The notes under the pieces are model-generated. The model had not been told where the DNA came from, searched no databases, and saw only the letters and a program-made list of their open reading frames with translations. A program made the position numbers and the translations under genes. Shown here piece after piece: positions 28,081 to 37,567 of a stretch of DNA of 53,172 bases. The first letter of the stretch is position 1. Every line of letters starts with the position of its first letter. Source of the stretch: an uncultured bacterium (lineage in GTDB: Bacteria > Oederibacteriota > CAKKQC01); the NCBI GenBank assembly GCA_964587525.1, contig CAZPLZ010000001.1, forward strand, positions 1-53,172. The letters are read 5' to 3'.

Positions 28081-28310
28081 GGAAGGGATGGCGGGCCAGG
28101 GGACGATTCTTAGACATCGAGGGAAGCAAGTCGTACAAGTTTCCACCTGATGCCGCGTCTGCCCCGCGAGTCCGGCAAGGTGGATTATGTGGAGAAGATC
28201 GTGAAATACTGAACGGGCAATATCTCAATTGCGTGCTCAATCGCATATCAATTACCACCTGCACTGTGGGCCCGCGGCGGCGGGAATCAGCGACCGCGTT
28301 GCTACTACGA

Positions 28311-29888
28311 TCAGTCGGTTTGGCCCGGCTTTTCCTGCAACGGGGCGCGGGAGAATCGACATCCTCTCCGTGGGGGGCAGGGCGGTGTCCAGAACGTCCA
28401 GGTTGTACCGAACCGGAGTGAGAAATCGTGTGTGGTGAAGTCGTCGATGTCGACAATGTCTCCAAGCGTCGACACTCGCCCATAGCTCCGCCAATCGGAG
28501 TTCAGTGCAATCCAAGCCTGGCAGGAGCGGACGAGGTGGACTGCCAGGCCAGCGTCCACTCTGTACGATGGAGGGCTGAACCGTGCGGGCTCCTTCCTTC
28601 CAGAAGGTACTGTTGTCACATTCTGGATTTTCGCTGTACTAACACCGACGCTACCTCCAAAGAAAGGGCGCCAGCGTTTCTGCGGGAATAAGTAGAACTC
28701 GAGGGACATTGCCATATCCAGATTCCTGACTTCCTGGGACTGTTGTGGGTCGGCAATCGTGTGTTCCGACATGCCGAGGCGAAAGCCGTATTCCATTGCC
28801 AGATTCTTGAATCGCGCCTCATTCTTAGGATCGACGAAGAGAAAGAAGTAGCTTAGGGTGGCCTCTAATCCTATGCCTGGATCGACTTTGGGTACGTCCA
28901 TGGTGATTCCGGTTGTCGGGAAGCTGTAACTCTGTGCCCTCTCGAGGCCGGGCCCCATGCTGTTGGGATTTACCGCCAGGCTGACGGCGAGGCCCGGCTG
29001 CATACTGGAAAAGCCCGGCGCTTGCCGGTGAGACTCTGTTTGTTTCACGCCCGTTGTGGGTGACGGAGGCGCGGGTCGGGCGTGGGGAAGGGTGGCGAAG
29101 AGCTTGTCGGTGGCTTCTTTCATCAATGGAAAGAGCATGTGCGAGCCCGCTCTTTCGGCGGCCCAGTTGATCAACAAGGCTGCCGCGCACCCGATACCGA
29201 GATCTCTGCCTGTGTCTCCGGTGCTCTCGCGTGTTTGGGTCTGGTGGATGGATTCAGAATGACTCCAAAGGCAATTGCCGCTGGGGTCCACCAGTTCTGC
29301 ACCTACTCCAACTGCCTGATGCGAGCCTCTTCCCGCTGAAAGCGCGAACAGGAGCCCCATCTTCTTGAGTTTTTCCAGTTCTCCGTACAGCAGGGCCGAT
29401 ACCTCGAGTGTCTGTGCGAGTTCGGTGGGATTGCGTGAGCGGAGTTGGCCTCCTTGAGTTATTCCCAGTTGCCTCAACTTGCGGTCGGTTTCTTCGAGAG
29501 AGATTGGCTGGTAGCCTCTCCGTTTGAGGGCCAGATGCGCAAGCCTCCGCACGACCGTGGGGGCGGCGACATCATTAGTGTAGTTGAGGAAGGGGAGTAC
29601 CGCGACGCTGGAAGGCGCTCCGTAGGGCTGTCTGACAAGCGGGACCTTTCTGCAATGCGCGCACCCCCCACAGCACAATACGTAGGTTGCGAAGAGGAAT
29701 GCCGTGACGATCAATCCCGCAAGCTGGTTCGCTTTCTGGCGACGGTCCGTCACCTTGCCCGTCTTCCGGTTGAACGACCAGGAGGCCGGCTTCACGACCT
29801 TGCCCGTCGTCCGGTCGTTAACTTCCCACCACTTCTTGGGATCGTGCTTGGTGTCTACATGGAACTGCTGCCCAGAGTGGTCCTTCAT
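28311..29888 (-). CDS. Hypothetical envelope protein: DUF799-like lipoprotein domain fused to a C-terminal OM beta-barrel-like domain
   Basis: Hydrophobic segment LAGLIVTAFLFATYVLCCGGC. VAVLPFLNYTNDVAAP..RRGYQPISLEE..SALLYGEL..AELVDPSGNCLW resembles DUF799/GNA1162 lipoproteins. The last ~190 aa alternate like an 8-strand OMP and include ..SLRFGTTWTF, followed by 26 extra residues. Start uncertain (an internal GTG would give MTDRRQKANQLAG..). Confidence 0.55.
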   Translation of the reverse strand: MKDHSGQQFHVDTKHDPKKWWEVNDRTTGKVVKPASWSFNRKTGKVTDRRQKANQLAGLIVTAFLFATYVLCCGGCAHCRKVPLVRQPYGAPSSVAVLPFLNYTNDVAAPTVVRRLAHLALKRRGYQPISLEETDRKLRQLGITQGGQLRSRNPTELAQTLEVSALLYGELEKLKKMGLLFALSAGRGSHQAVGVGAELVDPSGNCLWSHSESIHQTQTRESTGDTGRDLGIGCAAALLINWAAERAGSHMLFPLMKEATDKLFATLPHARPAPPSPTTGVKQTESHRQAPGFSSMQPGLAVSLAVNPNSMGPGLERAQSYSFPTTGITMDVPKVDPGIGLEATLSYFFLFVDPKNEARFKNLAMEYGFRLGMSEHTIADPQQSQEVRNLDMAMSLEFYLFPQKRWRPFFGGSVGVSTAKIQNVTTVPSGRKEPARFSPPSYRVDAGLAVHLVRSCQAWIALNSDWRSYGRVSTLGDIVDIDDFTTHDFSLRFGTTWTFWTPPCPPRRGCRFSRAPLQEKPGQTD

Positions 29889-29905
29889 TTTCTTGCGTCG
29901 GAGAT

Positions 29906-30223
29906 TTAGTCTTTTAATCCGAGGGCGTACTTCAAAGCCTCATCCAGCGCTGCCACCTTGGAAGGGGAAAGAAGGCTCACGCGCTCCGTCAAAGTCTTTC
30001 TGGGAATCGTAGCGATCGTATCCAGATTAGCCGCACAGGATCGTGGAAGTCCCTCCTCGTTCCCGAGCGGGACCTCAATGGGAAGGTGGCGAATGCGTGT
30101 TGTTACGGGCGCCACTGTGATCAATTCCCGAATCCCGTAAGCCTCGTCCCGCGATAGAAGAACCACGGGTCTCCGACCTGCGGGTTGCGGAAGCTCGGCC
30201 CACCAGACCTCGCCACGCCTCAT
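29906..30223 (-). CDS. mazF: MazF/PemK-family endoribonuclease toxin
   Basis: MRRGEVWWAELPQPAGRRPVVLLSRDEAY...ITVAPVTTRIR..P.EV.L is the canonical PemK pattern. 4-nt overlap with the antitoxin. Confidence 0.88.
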   Translation of the reverse strand: MRRGEVWWAELPQPAGRRPVVLLSRDEAYGIRELITVAPVTTRIRHLPIEVPLGNEEGLPRSCAANLDTIATIPRKTLTERVSLLSPSKVAALDEALKYALGLKD

Positions 30224-30477
30224 TCCCAGGCTTCCTGGGCCAGAAGCGCGGTAGCCGCAGCCTCAGCCGCTTTGACCTCCTCGGCTCCTTCAGGCATCTT
30301 TTTGTATCCCTCTACGTATTGCCTAGCGCGAGCCTCCTTGCGTCCCCGTTCGAGGATTTCCAAGACTGCCCTGAGAATGAAGGTGCTGCGACTTTCCCCG
30401 TTTTTCCGGCGGAGCTTTTCCACCTCATCAGCTACGTTCCGAGGAAGGGTGATCGACAACTTCTGGCTTGTCCCCAT
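30220..30477 (-). CDS. Ribbon-helix-helix (CopG/MazE-like) antitoxin
   Basis: KLSITLPRNVADEVEKLRRKNGESRSTFILRAVLEILE is an RHH fold pattern. AAAGGAGG SD upstream. Confidence 0.8.
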   Translation of the reverse strand: MGTSQKLSITLPRNVADEVEKLRRKNGESRSTFILRAVLEILERGRKEARARQYVEGYKKMPEGAEEVKAAEAAATALLAQEAWE

Positions 30478-30491
30478 CTGATCCTCCTTTC

Positions 30492-30513
30492 ATCCTACCA
30501 CAATCCTACCACA
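30492..30513 (-). promoter_or_regulatory. Perfect 11-bp tandem direct repeat (TGTGGTAGGAT x2 on the minus strand) next to the mazE SD: candidate operator/promoter
   Basis: The plus strand reads ATCCTACCACA at 30492-30502 and again at 30503-30513. RHH antitoxins typically bind short repeats in their own promoter. Confidence 0.45.
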
Positions 30514-30549
30514 TTGTCCCTTGGAAGCCCCAGGGTGCTGTTCCGTCAG

Positions 30550-31674
30550 CTAATCACTCCCGGACAGGCGCAGGCAGACAATGCCGCCTGTCTGATCAGC
30601 CTCGGTCTGCCATGCCGCGATGACGGGCCCCCGGCCTTTGGGCGCAGCGGCAATGACGGGAAAGACTCCCTCGCCCAGTGACACTGGCGCGTCATCGCCG
30701 GGGCTGGCATACATGATGTTCCCGTCGGCTTGCCAGAGCTTATACGATCCACCCGGGCCGAGCCCCACCGCCGGCTGGCGGCCCTCTCCAACGAGGTGCT
30801 CTTTCCCGTCAAGGCGGCACTCGTAGAGCGCATGCTCACGCCGCCAGAATGTCATGACGTTCTTAGGTGAGTTGGCGGCCAGCCAGCCTCCGGCCATCGG
30901 ACACCCATCCAGCTCCCAGGTCCCCTTGCCGAGTTTCAGGGCTTTCCCAAAGGAGTGGCCTCCGTTGGTGGAGGTCGCGAGGTACATGTCCCGTGATCCC
31001 TGAAGCCAGTTGCGCCACATGACATAGAAGTTGCCTTTGGCATCGGCGGTGGCGGATGGATGGCAGCACTGGCAGATCGTTCCAGCCGGTGACTTGTAAA
31101 TCAGGAAATTTTCAGACCAGGTGTTTCCACCATCAGTTGAACGGGAGCCGTAGAGTCTGGTCCCCTTTACCCTGAGATCTAGCCACACCGCCAAGAGGGT
31201 GTTGTCATCTCCGGCGGTAACGGCGTGCATCCCTTCACGGGCAGCTCGATTGACATCGTTGACCTGAACTGGGCTGGCCCACGTGCGCCCCCAGTCTCTA
31301 GAATGCCATGCCAAGAGGTTGCCGTTCTGGCTATCCACGGCCAGGACGGCAATGGTTTGTTCCGTGATGGCCACCTGGGGGCCCCGCCGCATTCCGAGAA
31401 ACGTGTGCTCCAGCCTTCCAACTTCCACCGGTTCGGCATAGGTATTCCCGCCGTCCTTTGAGACGCGGCAAAGGATGACCGTGTGCCTTGGGAGCTCCTC
31501 AAATCTCGACTGACCATACACGATCGCTACCTTGCCGCCAGATCCGACGGCGACCCGTGGCTGCTTTCCCTCGGCGGTGAGCGTCACCACGCGGTCGGCC
31601 AATGAGGCTAGCGGCGGCACCGGGGTGAGGAATGCAGCGAAGGCAATAAGGGAAACTTTGAATTGAGCTTTCAT
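30550..31674 (-). CDS. Secreted BNR/Asp-box repeat protein (sialidase-like beta-propeller)
   Basis: Signal peptide MKAQFKVSLIAFAAFLTPVPPLASLA. Four Asp-boxes: SKDGGNTY, SRDWGRTW, STDGGNTW, STNGGHSF. Confidence 0.8.
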   Translation of the reverse strand: MKAQFKVSLIAFAAFLTPVPPLASLADRVVTLTAEGKQPRVAVGSGGKVAIVYGQSRFEELPRHTVILCRVSKDGGNTYAEPVEVGRLEHTFLGMRRGPQVAITEQTIAVLAVDSQNGNLLAWHSRDWGRTWASPVQVNDVNRAAREGMHAVTAGDDNTLLAVWLDLRVKGTRLYGSRSTDGGNTWSENFLIYKSPAGTICQCCHPSATADAKGNFYVMWRNWLQGSRDMYLATSTNGGHSFGKALKLGKGTWELDGCPMAGGWLAANSPKNVMTFWRREHALYECRLDGKEHLVGEGRQPAVGLGPGGSYKLWQADGNIMYASPGDDAPVSLGEGVFPVIAAAPKGRGPVIAAWQTEADQTGGIVCLRLSGSD

Positions 31675-31705
31675 TCTGGACGGGCGTTAGGGAATCCGCC
31701 CCGAG

Positions 31706-32533
31706 TTATAGATTCGTTGGGAAGGCAGGCTGGCCGGGGTGGCGGGGGCGGATGCCGGCCACCATTAGCCCCGGCCGGCCTAAGCTCTGCCCCTCGGTCT
31801 GCACGTTCTCCGGGTTGCGGTAACCGATGCGCACCAGCCGCCGATTTTTCTTGGTCGTGTTGATGTGTGACCCGTGAATCGTGTGGATGTTGAAACACAC
31901 CACGTCGCCCCGTTTTGCGGGGACCGCGACCGTCTGACCAAATTTATAGACATCTGTCGGCAGGTGCGGGGTGCAGGGACCTTCCGGGGTTTGAGTGATG
32001 TGTTCCAGCGCTCCGCCCTTGGAGGAGCCGTCTAAAAATCTGATCTCCCCATTCTCGTGGCAGGTGTCGTCCAGATGGACGAGCATGTCCACGTATCGAC
32101 CGTCCGTGTGCTTGTAAAACGCCCAGTCCTGGTGCATGGGGAAGGGATGCCCGGTTTCGGGCGGCTTCACATGCATCGTGGAGTGGTGCAGCTCCACGTT
32201 CGGTCCCAGGAGATCGGTCATGGCTCCTGCCAGTTTGGGATTGGCAACCGCGCGCGACCAGGGTTGGGAATAGAAGTGCAGGTCGTGCATGGCCACCAGC
32301 TTAGATTTTTTCTCGGTCTCCTCGTCCATGTACACCTTCCGCCATGGTCCGGTCCACCCGGCTGCGTTCGAGGCCCAGATCTGGATCAGCCAGTCCAGGT
32401 GGTCGGCCAGCTCATCGGTCTCCTGGGGGGTGAATACCTGGGGAATGTGCAGGTAGCCGTGCTCGTGGAAAAATGCGACCTGCTCCCGGGTGAGGACTGC
32501 CAACGGCTTGGTCTCCATCGTCGCCTGAGTCAT
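31706..32533 (-). CDS. Phytanoyl-CoA dioxygenase (PhyH) family Fe(II)/2-oxoglutarate oxygenase
   Basis: FFHEHGYLHIPQVF N-terminus, HQDWAFY (HxD) and a distal His/Arg (FNIHTIHGSH.N....RR). Confidence 0.8.
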   Translation of the reverse strand: MTQATMETKPLAVLTREQVAFFHEHGYLHIPQVFTPQETDELADHLDWLIQIWASNAAGWTGPWRKVYMDEETEKKSKLVAMHDLHFYSQPWSRAVANPKLAGAMTDLLGPNVELHHSTMHVKPPETGHPFPMHQDWAFYKHTDGRYVDMLVHLDDTCHENGEIRFLDGSSKGGALEHITQTPEGPCTPHLPTDVYKFGQTVAVPAKRGDVVCFNIHTIHGSHINTTKKNRRLVRIGYRNPENVQTEGQSLGRPGLMVAGIRPRHPGQPAFPTNL

Positions 32534-32613
32534 AGCAACCTCATTTTACTGTAGCAAATGGCAAACCGGACCACACCGGCAGGCAAGATGCCTATAATGC
32601 CTGGGGTGGAGCT

Positions 32614-33405
32614 ATGAAACTCGGCCTGGTCACCTACAACCTCGCGGCCACCTGGGATCTGAAGACGCTCCTCTCCCGGTGTTGCGAAGCGGGCGTTGAC
32701 GGGGTGGAGCTACGGACGACGCACGCGCACGGGGTGGAGCCGACCCTGTCCGCGCAGCAACGTCGGGAGGTGCGGCAACGATGCACCGACGCGGGTATCG
32801 CGATCTGGGGACTGGGGACGGTATGTGAGTTTCACTCCCCTGATCCCGCTGAAGTCCTCCGCCATGTCCGCTCCTGCCAAGACTTCGTGCGCCTGGCCGC
32901 GGACCTGGGTGCCAAGGGGGTGAAAGTGCGTCCTAACGCGCTGCCCGAGGGGGTTCCCCAGGAGAAGACGCTTGCGCAGATTGGCTCGGCGCTGGCTGCG
33001 TGCGGCGAGTTCGCCTCGGACCACGGCGTTGAGATCTGGCTCGAAGTCCACGGCCAGGGCACCTCCCTGCCTGCGAATGTCCGCGCTACGATGGACGCCT
33101 GCCGGCACCCGGCGGTGGGCGTGTGCTGGAATTCCAACATGACCGACCGCGGGCAGGATGGCTCCATCCGCACCTCGTTTGAGCTGCTGCGCTCCTTCAT
33201 CTGGTCGTGCCACATCACGGACCTGGATTCTTCCTATCCCTGGAATGAGCTGTTCGCCCTCCTGGCGCAGACAAGCTACAACCGCTTCACGCTCTGCGAG
33301 TACCCTCAGAGCATGGACCCCGCGGCCGGGGTGAGCTTCTTGATCGAATACCGCCGCCGCTGGCTTGATCTTGTCCGCCAGGCCGGACAGGCGACCACCG
33401 CCTAG
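32614..33405 (+). CDS. Sugar phosphate isomerase/epimerase (xylose isomerase-like TIM barrel)
   Basis: MKLGLVTYNL..GVDGVELR..HGVE, EVHG, C.ITD pattern. A perfect TATAAT lies at 32593-32598, 15 nt upstream. Confidence 0.7.
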   Translation: MKLGLVTYNLAATWDLKTLLSRCCEAGVDGVELRTTHAHGVEPTLSAQQRREVRQRCTDAGIAIWGLGTVCEFHSPDPAEVLRHVRSCQDFVRLAADLGAKGVKVRPNALPEGVPQEKTLAQIGSALAACGEFASDHGVEIWLEVHGQGTSLPANVRATMDACRHPAVGVCWNSNMTDRGQDGSIRTSFELLRSFIWSCHITDLDSSYPWNELFALLAQTSYNRFTLCEYPQSMDPAAGVSFLIEYRRRWLDLVRQAGQATTA

Positions 33406-33443
33406 CGCGGGAGGACGCGGGCAGGACCCGCGCCACTTTTCCG

Positions 33444-34178
33444 CTAAATCGTCTGGTCGATCAGGGTTGCGATCGGAGCGACGCCCACCCCACCTTCTTC
33501 ACGGGCGGTGCGTTCCTGGATAGCCAACTCAAAGGCTTGCCGGGCATGAAGCCGCTGAATTTCTTGTTCCACGACTGCAGTACGGGCGACCCCGCCACGG
33601 GCTGGCCCAGGTGCCGCTGCCGGCTCTGGAACACCCGCCACGGCCCGTCCTCCCCCTGGCTCGATCGGCGCAGCAGGCTGACGTATGGGTTCGGTGAACT
33701 GGACCTCAGGCCTTCTGGGCTCCACCTGGAATTGGGGCTCATCGGCTGCCCGAGCGGGCTCATCCTGAGCTTGCCCTTCGATTCCCCTTAAGGCAATCTC
33801 CGTGAGCCGAACAGGTTCCCGGACAGCCACTTCTTCTAGCTCGGCCAGCATTCGGACGGCTTGCGCACGCCGTGCCGCTTCGATTTCAATACGCCCCCGG
33901 GTTTCGTTCAGGAGTTGAACCAGCCGCTGGGGGATCTGGTTGCGCTGCTCGAGTTCGAGCAGGGCGGGGCGGGCGTTCGCCGGCTGGGACACCGCCCGGG
34001 GCTGGACCGCCTCACGTGGGGTTTCCTGCCGGTTGGGCACGTCCTGCGCAATCTCGGGCCGGGCGGCCTCTCGCTGCCGCACAGGCTCAAAATCTACCCT
34101 CGGACGGTTCGCATCCTGGGTCAGCAGCGGCTGGAGCAACCGCGCTTGGTCATTCTCAATTGGCTGAATGTGTGCCAT
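33444..34178 (-). CDS. Hypothetical Q/E/R/P/A-rich, probably largely disordered or coiled-coil protein
   Basis: The only long ORF with coding-like third-position GC in an otherwise empty 830-bp gap downstream of the BFN gene. No recognisable motif. Confidence 0.5.
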   Translation of the reverse strand: MAHIQPIENDQARLLQPLLTQDANRPRVDFEPVRQREAARPEIAQDVPNRQETPREAVQPRAVSQPANARPALLELEQRNQIPQRLVQLLNETRGRIEIEAARRAQAVRMLAELEEVAVREPVRLTEIALRGIEGQAQDEPARAADEPQFQVEPRRPEVQFTEPIRQPAAPIEPGGGRAVAGVPEPAAAPGPARGGVARTAVVEQEIQRLHARQAFELAIQERTAREEGGVGVAPIATLIDQTI

Positions 34179-34236
34179 CGCTACCTTACCTTAACACAAT
34201 TCATTGGATATGTGTTCCCAGAACCCTCTGAAATAA

Positions 34237-34782
34237 CTAATTTTCAGCAGGCGGCTTCTTTTCTTCTTTTTGGGGAGCCGGACTGGTCTGGGTGCCCGGA
34301 AGGGTGAACATATCCGCGCTGAGGTGCTCAACAAAGTCCTTGAATTTCCTGTTCTCCTCAGCGATTTTGCTCTTGTCGGACAGCGCAGCCTTCGTCACGA
34401 CGTTTTCTGTGACGAAGATTGGAGCTTTGAACCGCAACGCCAGAGCCACCGAGTCGGAGGGCCGAGCGTCAATCTCAATTTCCTTTCCCCCAAGCTCTAG
34501 GATGATGTGCGCGAAGTAGGTCCCGGTGCCATTGTGGTCCTGCAGGTCGTTGATGACCACCCGCTGCATCTTCGCATTGAGGTGTTCAATGACTGTCTTC
34601 ATAAGATCGTGCGTGAAGGGCCGCGGGGGGGGGACTCCTTCCATCTCCGATATGATGGCCTGCGCCTCGAAGCCGCCGATATAGATCGGCAGGAAGTGGT
34701 TTTCCTCAATGTCCGTGAGGAGCATGAGGGGAAGCTTCGTATCGGCTTCCAGGGCGATGGTTTTGACCTTCATTTCGACCAT
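34237..34782 (-). CDS. Bifunctional nuclease family protein (BFN/DUF151)
   Basis: LPLMLLTD..NHFLPIYIGGFEAQAI....G...PRPFTHDL, FAHIILE.GGKEIEIDARPSDSVALALRFKAPIFV. Confidence 0.85.
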   Translation of the reverse strand: MVEMKVKTIALEADTKLPLMLLTDIEENHFLPIYIGGFEAQAIISEMEGVPPPRPFTHDLMKTVIEHLNAKMQRVVINDLQDHNGTGTYFAHIILELGGKEIEIDARPSDSVALALRFKAPIFVTENVVTKAALSDKSKIAEENRKFKDFVEHLSADMFTLPGTQTSPAPQKEEKKPPAEN

Positions 34783-34842
34783 GGGCTATCCCTCCACCCG
34801 GAACATATCACCTTTTTCTTAGGACTTCAACTCCAAGGGAAT

Positions 34843-37524
34843 TCAGGCTGCCCCGTGGCATTTCTTGTACTTCTTGCCACTGCCGCATGGGCAGGGATCG
34901 TTGCGGCCGACCTTGGGTATCTCCCGCCTGTAAGGCGTGTCCTTGACTTCCTCACCACCACCGGCCTGCTGGAGTTCATCCGGGGATTGACCAAACTCCG
35001 GAGGAGCACCCGGCGGCAGCGGTCCAAACGTGGCGGCCGCTGGAGAAAGCGCGCCTGCCTGCCCGCGTGCGCTTGAGGGTGGGGATGGCTGCGGTGGGAG
35101 AGCCGCGATGGGCGGTCGCTCCTCGTGTCCCTCGTAGGCGAAGGGTCGCCGGGCCTCTTCGTGCGGCAGGGCAGCCTTAATGTGGAAAAGCACCTCCAGG
35201 GTTTTCTGCTTGATCGAGGAAAGCATCGCTTGGAACATTGCAAACCCCTCACGCTTGTACTCGATGAGCGGATCCTTCTGTCCGTAGGCGGCCAGCCCGA
35301 TGCCTTCCTTGAGCTGGTCCATGTTGTACAGGTGATTTTTCCACTGCGCGTCAATGATGTTGAGCATGACGATGCGTTCCATCTCCCGCATCTGATCTGG
35401 ACCGAATCCTGTTTCCCTCTCCCGGTAGATGTTCCGCAGGCGTTGCGTGAGGTGAGCTGCGACGGCGTCTGGTTGCTCGCGTTCCAGATCTGAAGGGGGC
35501 ACGTGAAGATTGAACACTGCGCGGAGCCAGTCCACCAGAGTTTGGATGGCGCCCTCTGCGGGCGGAGTGTTCTTGGGCAGGTAGGTGCTCACCGCCTCAT
35601 CCACCAGCTCATCCACCATGTCCAGGATCAGACCGGAGATGTCTTCTCCCTCCAGGATGGCGCGGCGCTGGGCATAGATGACTTCCCGCTGCTTGTTCAT
35701 GACGTCGTCGTACTCGAGCAGGTGCTTGCGCAGCTCGAAGTTTCGCGTCTCGACCGCCTTTTGCGCCCGCTCAATGGCCTTGGTCACCCACGGGTGCTCG
35801 ATCACCTCGTCTTCCTGCATGCCCAGCTTACTCATCCAGTTTTGGAGGTTCTCCACGGCGAACAGGCGGAGGAGATCATCCTCCAGCGATAGGTAATACC
35901 GCGAGGCGCCTGGGTCGCCTTGACGTCCGGAACGGCCCCGGAGCTGGTTGTCGATCCGGCGGCTCTCGTTGCGCTCGGTGCCCAGCACGTAGAGCCCTCC
36001 AAGCTCCACCACCCCCGGCCCAAGCTGGATGTCAGTTCCACGGCCAGCCATGTTGGTGGCGATCGTGATCGTCTTGGCCTGGCCGGCCTGGGCGATGATG
36101 TGTGCCTCCTGCTCATGCTGTTTGGCGTTGAGCACTTGGTGCGGCACTCCCCTGCGTTTCAGCATGCTGGAGAGTTTCTCATTCCGCTCGATGGAGGTGG
36201 TCCCCACGAGCATGGGCTGCCCGCGCTCGTAGTGTTCCGCGATGTCCTCGATGATGGCCTTGTGTTTTTCGCGCTCGGTCCGGTAGATCTGGTCTGCCTG
36301 GTCTTCCCGGACCATCGGCTTGTGGGTGGGGATGACGATCGCGTCCAGTTTGTAAATTTCCATGAATTCCTGGGCTTCGGTACGGGCGGTGCCGGTCATC
36401 CCCGCCAGTTTTTCGTACATCCTGAAGTAGTTCTGGAAGGTGATCGTAGCCAGGGTCTGATTCTCTTCCTCGATCTCGGCCCCCTCCTTGGCCTCGATGG
36501 CTTGATGCAAGCCGTCTGACCATCTCCGGCCGGGCATCAAGCGTCCGGTGAACTCGTCCACGATGACCACCTTGCTGTCCTTCACGATGTAGTCCGTCTC
36601 GCGCTTGAAGAGGGTGTGGGCCCGCAGGCCCTGAACCACGTGGTGGAGCACCTCGATGTTCTGTTCGTCGTACAGATTCTCGAGATGTAAGAGTTTCTCG
36701 ACCGTGGACACCCCGTCTTCCGTGAGCGTCACGTTCTTGTGTTTTTCGTCGATCTTGTAATCCGCCTCGGCGCTGAGCTTGGGAATGATCCGGTTGATGG
36801 TGTAGTACTTATCCGTGGACTCCTCGGCGGGGCCTGAGATGATCAGGGGGGTCCGGGCTTCGTCAACGAGGATCGAGTCCACCTCGTCCACGATGCAGTA
36901 GTTAAGCTTGCGCTGTACCATGTACTCTTTCGCCACCGCCATGTTGTCTCGCAGGTAATCAAACCCGAACTCGTTGTTGGTGCCGTAGGCGATGTCAGCC
37001 GCGTAGGCTGCTTGTCGCTCCTCCATCCTCAGGCCATGCAGAATGCACCCGACGGACAGCCCCAGGGACTCATAGATGTTGCCCATGCCCTTGAAGTTCC
37101 CCCTGCCGTGACTGTCCCGCTCGGCCAGGTAGTCATTCACCGTGATGATGTGCACGCCCTTGCCCGTCAGCGCGTTGAGATAGACCGGCAGGGTGGCCAC
37201 CAGGGTTTTCCCCTCGCCCGTGCGCATCTCTATGATCTTTCCCTGATGGAGGATGATTCCACCCATGAGCTGGACATCGAAGGGTCGCTGCCCGATGGTG
37301 CGCTTGGCGGCTTCCCGGATCACGGCGAAGGCTTCAGGGAGCAGCTCGTCCAGCGTTTCGCCGTCCGCTAACCGGTTTCGGAACTCGTCCGTCTTACGGC
37401 GGAGCTCCTGATCGGTAAGCCGTGAAAGGGCAGGCTCAAACTCGTTGATCCGGTCCACGAGCGGCTTCAGCTTCTTGAGCACGCGTTCGTTCCGGTCGAG
37501 GATTCTCGTCAGCCAGGGAAACAT
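34843..37524 (-). CDS. secA: Preprotein translocase ATPase SecA
   Basis: Full-length colinearity: [44 protein letters not shown]-terminal zinc motif [14 protein letters not shown]. Confidence 0.97.
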   Translation of the reverse strand: MFPWLTRILDRNERVLKKLKPLVDRINEFEPALSRLTDQELRRKTDEFRNRLADGETLDELLPEAFAVIREAAKRTIGQRPFDVQLMGGIILHQGKIIEMRTGEGKTLVATLPVYLNALTGKGVHIITVNDYLAERDSHGRGNFKGMGNIYESLGLSVGCILHGLRMEERQAAYAADIAYGTNNEFGFDYLRDNMAVAKEYMVQRKLNYCIVDEVDSILVDEARTPLIISGPAEESTDKYYTINRIIPKLSAEADYKIDEKHKNVTLTEDGVSTVEKLLHLENLYDEQNIEVLHHVVQGLRAHTLFKRETDYIVKDSKVVIVDEFTGRLMPGRRWSDGLHQAIEAKEGAEIEEENQTLATITFQNYFRMYEKLAGMTGTARTEAQEFMEIYKLDAIVIPTHKPMVREDQADQIYRTEREKHKAIIEDIAEHYERGQPMLVGTTSIERNEKLSSMLKRRGVPHQVLNAKQHEQEAHIIAQAGQAKTITIATNMAGRGTDIQLGPGVVELGGLYVLGTERNESRRIDNQLRGRSGRQGDPGASRYYLSLEDDLLRLFAVENLQNWMSKLGMQEDEVIEHPWVTKAIERAQKAVETRNFELRKHLLEYDDVMNKQREVIYAQRRAILEGEDISGLILDMVDELVDEAVSTYLPKNTPPAEGAIQTLVDWLRAVFNLHVPPSDLEREQPDAVAAHLTQRLRNIYRERETGFGPDQMREMERIVMLNIIDAQWKNHLYNMDQLKEGIGLAAYGQKDPLIEYKREGFAMFQAMLSSIKQKTLEVLFHIKAALPHEEARRPFAYEGHEERPPIAALPPQPSPPSSARGQAGALSPAAATFGPLPPGAPPEFGQSPDELQQAGGGEEVKDTPYRREIPKVGRNDPCPCGSGKKYKKCHGAA

Positions 37525-37540
37525 GTCCGGGTCATGAACT

Positions 37541-37567
37541 AAAACCCCGCCTCGTGAAGAGGCGGGG
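37541..37567 (-). terminator. Rho-independent terminator-like hairpin downstream of cspA, 16 nt upstream of the secA start
   Basis: Minus strand: CCCCGCCUC-UUCAC-GAGGCGGGG (9-bp GC-rich stem, 5-nt loop) followed by UUUUAGUU. Confidence 0.65.
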
